This document shows, one piece after another, positions 58,689 to 64,000 of a stretch of 64,000 nt of DNA. A model generated the notes under the pieces. It had not been told where the DNA came from and made no database searches. It saw only the letters and a list, made by a program, of their open reading frames with translations. Position numbers and translations under genes: made by a program. Numbering within the stretch: position 1 is the first letter of the stretch; every line of letters begins with the position of its first letter. Source of the stretch: Azolla caroliniana (taxonomy: Eukaryota > Plantae > Polypodiophyta); NCBI GenBank assembly GCA_043228905.1, contig JBHGNT010000022.1:1550001-1614000 (forward strand), written 5' to 3'.

Positions 58689-59615
58689 GCCCGAATCAAA
58701 GAGATTGGTGACTCACTTGCGTCTATCAACGTCACTATAGAGGAAGATGAGATGGTGCAAATTTGTCTTGGGGGCCTAGCGTCTAAGTTTGGAGCGTTCC
58801 AAACGACAGTATGTACAAGGGAGAATACACCGTCATTTTTCGACCTACACTCGATGCTCCTTGTAGAGGAAAATCACGCCGGCGTGTCAACAAGTGCACC
58901 CACCGATAGCCGGATGCTGTACACGGAGGCGGATCGGCCCCGTAGGCGTGGTGGACGAGGTGGGTCGGCTCGCAATGGTAGCAGCCGACAAGAGCAGGAC
59001 CGAAGGCACAGAGAACGTGCCGACAACAGTTCTAGACCCTCCACAAGCAGGGGGAGTCAAGGCGGTGCCGGAGGCTGGCAAGCAAAGGCCAACACGGAAT
59101 GCTGGTACTGTGGTGAAAAGGGCCACAGAGAAAGCTAGTGTTGGAAGAAGTGCGCCGATTCAGACATATCTGAATCCGGTAAGGCCAACAACGAGAACCG
59201 GCAATACTTGTAGTACGTAGAAGGATCGAGAGGATCCAAAACCAGAAAAGCCGGTAAAGGGCCACTCTTGGTGATGAAACACAAGGCTAACTTGATGAAG
59301 AAGACCACTTCCAAATCGGAGGATATCTTGTACGTTGATTCCGGTGCGTCGAATCACATGACGAGCCACAAAGAGTGGTTCTCTTTCTTGGAGAAACCGG
59401 AACAACCGGGAGTCGTCGAAACCAGAGACAACACTCCTCACCCGATCGTGTATGTTGGAGAAGTCTCTTTGAGCCATGTCTGATAGAGGGGGAAGCTGAT
59501 GAACGTATTACATGTTCCAACTATCAAGAAGAACCTGGTGTCAGTCGGTCAGATCGTTGACCAAGGGATGTAGGTACGGTTTACGCACCTTGGTTGCTTC
59601 ATCGAGGAAGACGAC
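57773..59615 (+). mobile_element. Copia D' 5' part (LTR 57773-58219, PBS, decayed gag and protease), cut by gypsy H
   Basis: LTR homologous to D; knuckle CWYCGEKGHRES*C; protease YVDSGASNHMT; stops and a frameshift. Confidence 0.88.
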
Positions 59616-60612
59616 TGTTACCCGGACAAAGTATGGATGTGTCAGAGTCAGAAAGATGTTCGTAGTCGGATTAGGAGTCGGATCGACAGTTCGGATCGAT
59701 GACTCAGCAGATAGTCGAATAGGATATAGTTAGTTATGAAGTTTTGTAATTCTTGATAATTATAGGCAGTAGGATTTCTTGATGAGAAAAGACCTTCGGG
59801 TTACATATAAAAGGAACTAAGGCATTGTAAAAATCTATCATTGTATTTAGTAATAAGAAGTTTAGTTAGGAATCCCTGTGTACGAATCGTTCTTGTTATC
59901 TATTTCATTCTGTCTAAACTATATTACATAAGTCACGATCTTGGTGTCTGTGATCATCGATAAGTATAATTAATTTGTATCTATTCGTTAACGACAACTT
60001 CTTGATAGAATGTTTGGTACAAACGTTCGTCTTATACTGTGTCGGCAAAGTAGTAATTGTCGACTCAACAACACAGTATAATTTTGGCACGCCCGGTTAC
60101 ATTTGCACATACCAGAGAACAAGACGAATGGATGTCGTCTGGTCCGAATACACTAGTCGGTTGTAAACGTCCTCGTACGAGTTCTGTTACAAAGACGCTA
60201 GAGACATAATCGGCTGGGGGATTACAACAGGAAACAGGTAGAAGGTGGTATGTACTTCTTGATTTAACTGATAGCTAGTCTTCCGACGAAAATCAGCCGG
60301 AAGAGGTATCAGTTTACGATATCTGGAGTGAGGACAATATGCTTTATCCGTACTCGAAGTTCCGTGAGGGAGCTGATGCAGAAGTGCATGTGAGGGATTT
60401 CTTGACAACATGAGAGATTAACCATGGAGCTTAGAGACTGTCGGCGGCAGCCGAAGATAAGTCTAAGATAGCTGAGTTGGTTTTGTCATTGGAGGGTTAT
60501 TTCGCTAATTGGTTTGCGCAAAATGGTCTCCGTGGGTTCGAAACATTTGAACATTTGAACAACAAATTTCTGTAGTTATTTCATCGTCAAATACCTCAAA
60601 AGGATTTGATAG
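59616..60612 (+). mobile_element. Gypsy H 5' part: LTR (59616-~60080), Arg-type PBS, decayed gag
   Basis: TG start interrupts the D' reading frame; TGGCACGCCCGGT at 60085-60097; gag-like peptide YPYSKFREGADAEVHVRDFLTT*...LSLEGYFANWF...FEHLNNKFL*LF. Confidence 0.7.
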
Positions 60613-61034
60613 TGTTGAGAGACAAGCTCAACATCGGCCGGATCGGCTGAAGAAGCCAAGGACCGGATCGGTTGGGACCGATCGGTTAGGCCGAATGCGT
60701 AAACCGGTACGCAGACCGGTGCGTAGGTAGGGCCGGATCGGTGCGTAAACCGGGAGGCCGTTAGGAAAGATATTCCGTGAGGAATATATTTGGGAGTTAG
60801 TGTAGGAGCTCTTAATGAACATTGAAGTACTGTCAGTACTTCGGTCAGTCCTTCTAGGACTTGTATAAAAGTGTTCATTGAACACACATATGTATAGAGT
60901 GTGGTGAATAGAGATTGAGTACCTTTTTTGAATATAGTTCTTGCTTTCCTCTCTCACTCTCTCTGTCTCTCCCGCGTATACTGCGTGAGCTCAAGATCTC
61001 CATTAAACCTGAGTCTTCTTCCTTCTGTTCGGTC
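60613..61034 (+). mobile_element. LTR J (distant relative of the copia D LTR), interrupted by copia I
   Basis: TGTTGAG start; shares CATTGAAGTAC...GTACTTCGGT.AGTCCT.TAGGACTTGTATAAA with the D LTR. Confidence 0.72.
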
Positions 61035-64000
61035 TGTAACGAATCGATGCTTCGATTAACCTTCTTCCCTCGGCCACAACCGAGCAATCGCGGATCAATG
61101 TAGCAGAAAATAGAAACCAAAAAAAAGAGAAATACTCGAGTACACAGTGATTAACGTGGAAAACCCTAGATGGGAAAAACCACGGGAGTACAAGACTCCA
61201 ACGACACTATACAAAGAGAAGTATACAATGACGAGCTCCAAGGCGACGACCTTGAGCTCGCTGTCCTCGCCACAGGCGGCGGAAATACACAGAGGCGTCG
61301 TCCTCTTCCTCTCTCGCGCTCTATCTCTCTCTCTCTCTCTCACTCACGGCTGCTTACACTTCACTCCTCTTGAGTGGAAAAACAGAAAAATGAGTAGTAA
61401 CACTAAAACTGTTTGCCCTAAGTCATATTTATACTTATATGACTTTGGGCTATTTACAACTGTAGCCTCAGGGGCCCATAGCGAACATATTCACGGATAT
61501 GTCCCTGCATCCGGATCGCTCTCCGGGCACATTCGTCATCCGGTACCGAAACCGGGGTCTTCGTCATCCGGATCCGAAACCGAAACCGGGCTTGTCGGCA
61601 TTCATCTCCGATATCCGACCATCCCATCCGAAAGGGACCGTAATCCCAACAAACTCCCCCTTCACTTCGGCATGGGATGTCTCTCCAATCCGATCCTCTT
61701 CCGGCATGCTTCCAGCTTGTCGGGTGTGAGGACCTTGGTCAGCATATCCGACCCGTTCTCGTCCGTGTGGATCTTTGTCAGCACGAACTCCTTGTCTTCT
61801 ATCCTTTCCCGGATCCAGTGATATCTTCGCTGGATGTGCTTCGTCCGGGAGTGATAGGCCGCGTTCTTTGCAAGGTGGATTGCACTCTGACTGTCGCAGT
61901 AGAGTCGGTACTCCTCCTGCCGGATACCGAGCTCTCTAATGAAGTCCTTCATCCATATTATTTCCTTGCCGGCTTCAACAGCCGCCATGTACTCCGCCTC
62001 CGTGGTTGACAGCGCAACCGTCTTCTGCAGCCTCGACTGCCATGAAACAGCTCCCCCTGCATACGTCATCACATACCCTGATGTGGACCGGCTGGTATCT
62101 GCATCAGCCGACATGTCCGAATCGGTAAAGCCGTCGAGTTCGGGCTTACCGGAGCCGAATCGGAGGCACACGTTTGCCGTGCCCTTCAGGTATCGGAGTA
62201 TCCATTTGGACGCGTTCCAATGCTCTTTGCCGGGATTGCTCATGTACCGGCTCACCACTCCGACTGCATATCCGATGTCCGGTCTCGTACACACCATGGC
62301 GTACATCAAGCTCTCGACGGCTGAGGCATACGACACTTTCATCATATCCTCCTTTTCAGCCTTTGTCTTGGGACTTTGCTTGCTGGACAGCCTGCAGTTT
62401 GCCGGGAGGGTCGATCCGACCGGTCTTGCTTCTGACATGTTGAACCGGCGAAGCACCTTCGTCACGTACTTTTCCTGTGACAGCCACAACTGCTTCTTCT
62501 TCCGGTCCCGGATGATGTGCATCCCTAGCATTTGCCTCGCCGGACCCAGGTCCTTCATTGCGAAGGTTCGGTGAAGAGCCTTCTTCAGCATCCGTATCTT
62601 GACCTGGTCCCGTCCGACGATCAACATGTCGTCCACGTACAGGAGGAGTATTAGAAAGTCTCCTCCTTCGAACTTCTTCACAAACACGCAGTGGTCGGAC
62701 TGCAATTTGAGGTACCCTTCGTCGGTCATGAAGGAGTCGAACTTCCGGTACCATTGCCAGGGAGCCTGCTTCAGTCCGTAAAGGCTCTTCTTCAACCGGC
62801 ATACCAGGTGCTCCTCCCCTTCCTTCTCGAATCCTTCCGGTTGCTGCATGTAGATCTCTTCTTCGAGGTCACCGTGAAGGAATGCCGTCTTCACGTCCAT
62901 CTGTTCTACCTCGAGGTCCATGCTTGCCGCTATGCTCAGCACCGTCCGGATGGAGGTCATCTTCACTACCGGGGCAAATATCTCGTCGAAGTCGATGCCC
63001 TTCTTTTGCTGAAACCCCTTCACCACGATCCTGGCTTTGTATCTCGGGGGGTTTCTGGCATCTCCCGGTTTAAGCTTGAACACCCACTTGTTTCGAAGTG
63101 CCCGCTTTCCTTTCGGCAACTCCACAAGTTCATATGTGTGGTTCTCATGCAGGGAATCCATCTCGTCCTGCATGGCACTCAACCACCTGCGGCTCTGGGT
63201 GTCATGTTTTGCTTCTTCAAAGCTCTCCGGCTCCCCCTCGTCGGTTAGCAGCACATGCTCTGGTTCCGGAAATCTCCGGGGGGCCCTTCTCTCTCTTAGA
63301 GGATATCTCCGTTCGGGAGCTTCGGTAACCGGTTCTTCCGATTCTTCTTCATCCGAATACATTTCGGGATCGGGGCCGGTTCCGGTATCGTTTTCATCTT
63401 CTTCGGCCGGTTCTGTTTCTTCACCGTCTTCGGCCGGATCCTCGAGTGTTAACCGGTCCCTTGCCGGTCGGGACTGCTCCTCGTAGAGTTGATCCTCACC
63501 GGTCGACTTGGAGCTCTTCACCTTCTTCTCCGACTCCCAGTCGGCGAGTGTCTTGTCCTCCATGAAGATGATGTCTCGACTCCTGAATATCTTCTTGTCG
63601 ACCGGGTCCCATACTCGGTAGCCGAACTCGTCGTCGCCGTAACCGAGGAATATGCATGGCCGGGTCTTCGGATCTAGCTTTCCTCTCCGGTCCTTTGCCA
63701 CATGCACGTATGCGAGACACCCGAACACCTTCAGATGCCGGTAGGATACTTCCCTACCGGTCCACACTCTCTGCGGCGTGTCTCCGTCCAAAGGTACTGA
63801 GGGTGATCGGTTTATCACATATGTCGCCGTCGACATTGCCTCAGCCCAAAACCCCTTGGGTAATTTCGCATGCGCCAGCATACTCCGGACCCTCTCCATT
63901 ATGGTCCGGTTCATCCTCTCGGCCAGCCCGTTCAGTTCCGGCGTCTTCGGCATAGTAAACTCGAGCCGGATTCCCTTCGAGCGACAGTACTCCTGGAACT
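61035..64000 (-). mobile_element. Copia I (B/E family), 3' half; 3' LTR 61035-61651
   Basis: LTR homologous to B (CTCGGCCACAACCGAG ... ATCCCAACA) and PPT GAAGGGGGAG. The outer boundary is inferred from TG and the 617-bp length; the TSD cannot be checked in this window. Confidence 0.9.
61662..64000 (-). CDS. Copia I pol (integrase, RT, RNase H), 5'-partial
   Basis: Open frame nearly identical to the C-terminal ~770 aa of the B and E polyproteins; continues beyond the window. Confidence 0.92.
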   Translation of the reverse strand, partial: FQEYCRSKGIRLEFTMPKTPELNGLAERMNRTIMERVRSMLAHAKLPKGFWAEAMSTATYVINRSPSVPLDGDTPQRVWTGREVSYRHLKVFGCLAYVHVAKDRRGKLDPKTRPCIFLGYGDDEFGYRVWDPVDKKIFRSRDIIFMEDKTLADWESEKKVKSSKSTGEDQLYEEQSRPARDRLTLEDPAEDGEETEPAEEDENDTGTGPDPEMYSDEEESEEPVTEAPERRYPLRERRAPRRFPEPEHVLLTDEGEPESFEEAKHDTQSRRWLSAMQDEMDSLHENHTYELVELPKGKRALRNKWVFKLKPGDARNPPRYKARIVVKGFQQKKGIDFDEIFAPVVKMTSIRTVLSIAASMDLEVEQMDVKTAFLHGDLEEEIYMQQPEGFEKEGEEHLVCRLKKSLYGLKQAPWQWYRKFDSFMTDEGYLKLQSDHCVFVKKFEGGDFLILLLYVDDMLIVGRDQVKIRMLKKALHRTFAMKDLGPARQMLGMHIIRDRKKKQLWLSQEKYVTKVLRRFNMSEARPVGSTLPANCRLSSKQSPKTKAEKEDMMKVSYASAVESLMYAMVCTRPDIGYAVGVVSRYMSNPGKEHWNASKWILRYLKGTANVCLRFGSGKPELDGFTDSDMSADADTSRSTSGYVMTYAGGAVSWQSRLQKTVALSTTEAEYMAAVEAGKEIIWMKDFIRELGIRQEEYRLYCDSQSAIHLAKNAAYHSRTKHIQRRYHWIRERIEDKEFVLTKIHTDENGSDMLTKVLTPDKLEACRKRIGLERHPMPK

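Noticed and set aside
61147-61821. 224-aa ORF across the copia I LTR and similar LTR ORFs in A, B and E
   Set aside because: Built from tandem units and CT microsatellite, and the frame is not conserved between subfamilies.
33617-63720. Recurrent antisense and alternate-frame ORFs over copia pol (e.g. 38207-38764, 51475-52032, 62691-63248)
   Set aside because: They recur because the copies are near-identical and GC-rich with biased codons; no domain is recognisable.

Overview
Land-plant nuclear DNA; the element types suggest a non-seed plant such as a fern, but that is inference only. Bases 1-19,000 are a compact gene island with four genes: an intronless AP2/ERF (DREB-like) gene, a 5-exon type I metacaspase with an LSD1 zinc finger, an intronless NAC gene, and a 7-exon MutY glycosylase placed head-to-head with the NAC. 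From about 19,200 to the end is a nest of LTR retrotransposons that can be ordered from LTR termini, primer-binding sites (PBS), polypurine tracts (PPT) and target-site duplications (TSD). The main chain is decayed gypsy G0 < element X < copia D < gypsy C < copia A < intact chromovirus F. Intact copia B sits in C and intact copia E sits in D. A LINE fragment follows, then a diverged duplicate of the X/D junction that hosts a second nest (D' < gypsy H < LTR J < copia I, running off the window). The most notable signals are: a tRNA-like Pol III A-box/B-box module in both LTRs of gypsy C; a tRNA-Trp PBS and fungal-like RT motifs in that same element; strong CCGG enrichment in the copia elements; an apparent capsid-module swap between copia subfamilies; and a 3' UTR tandem repeat made of the ERF gene's own terminal LWSF-stop codons. 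Element letters are my own labels. All alignments and counts were done by eye.
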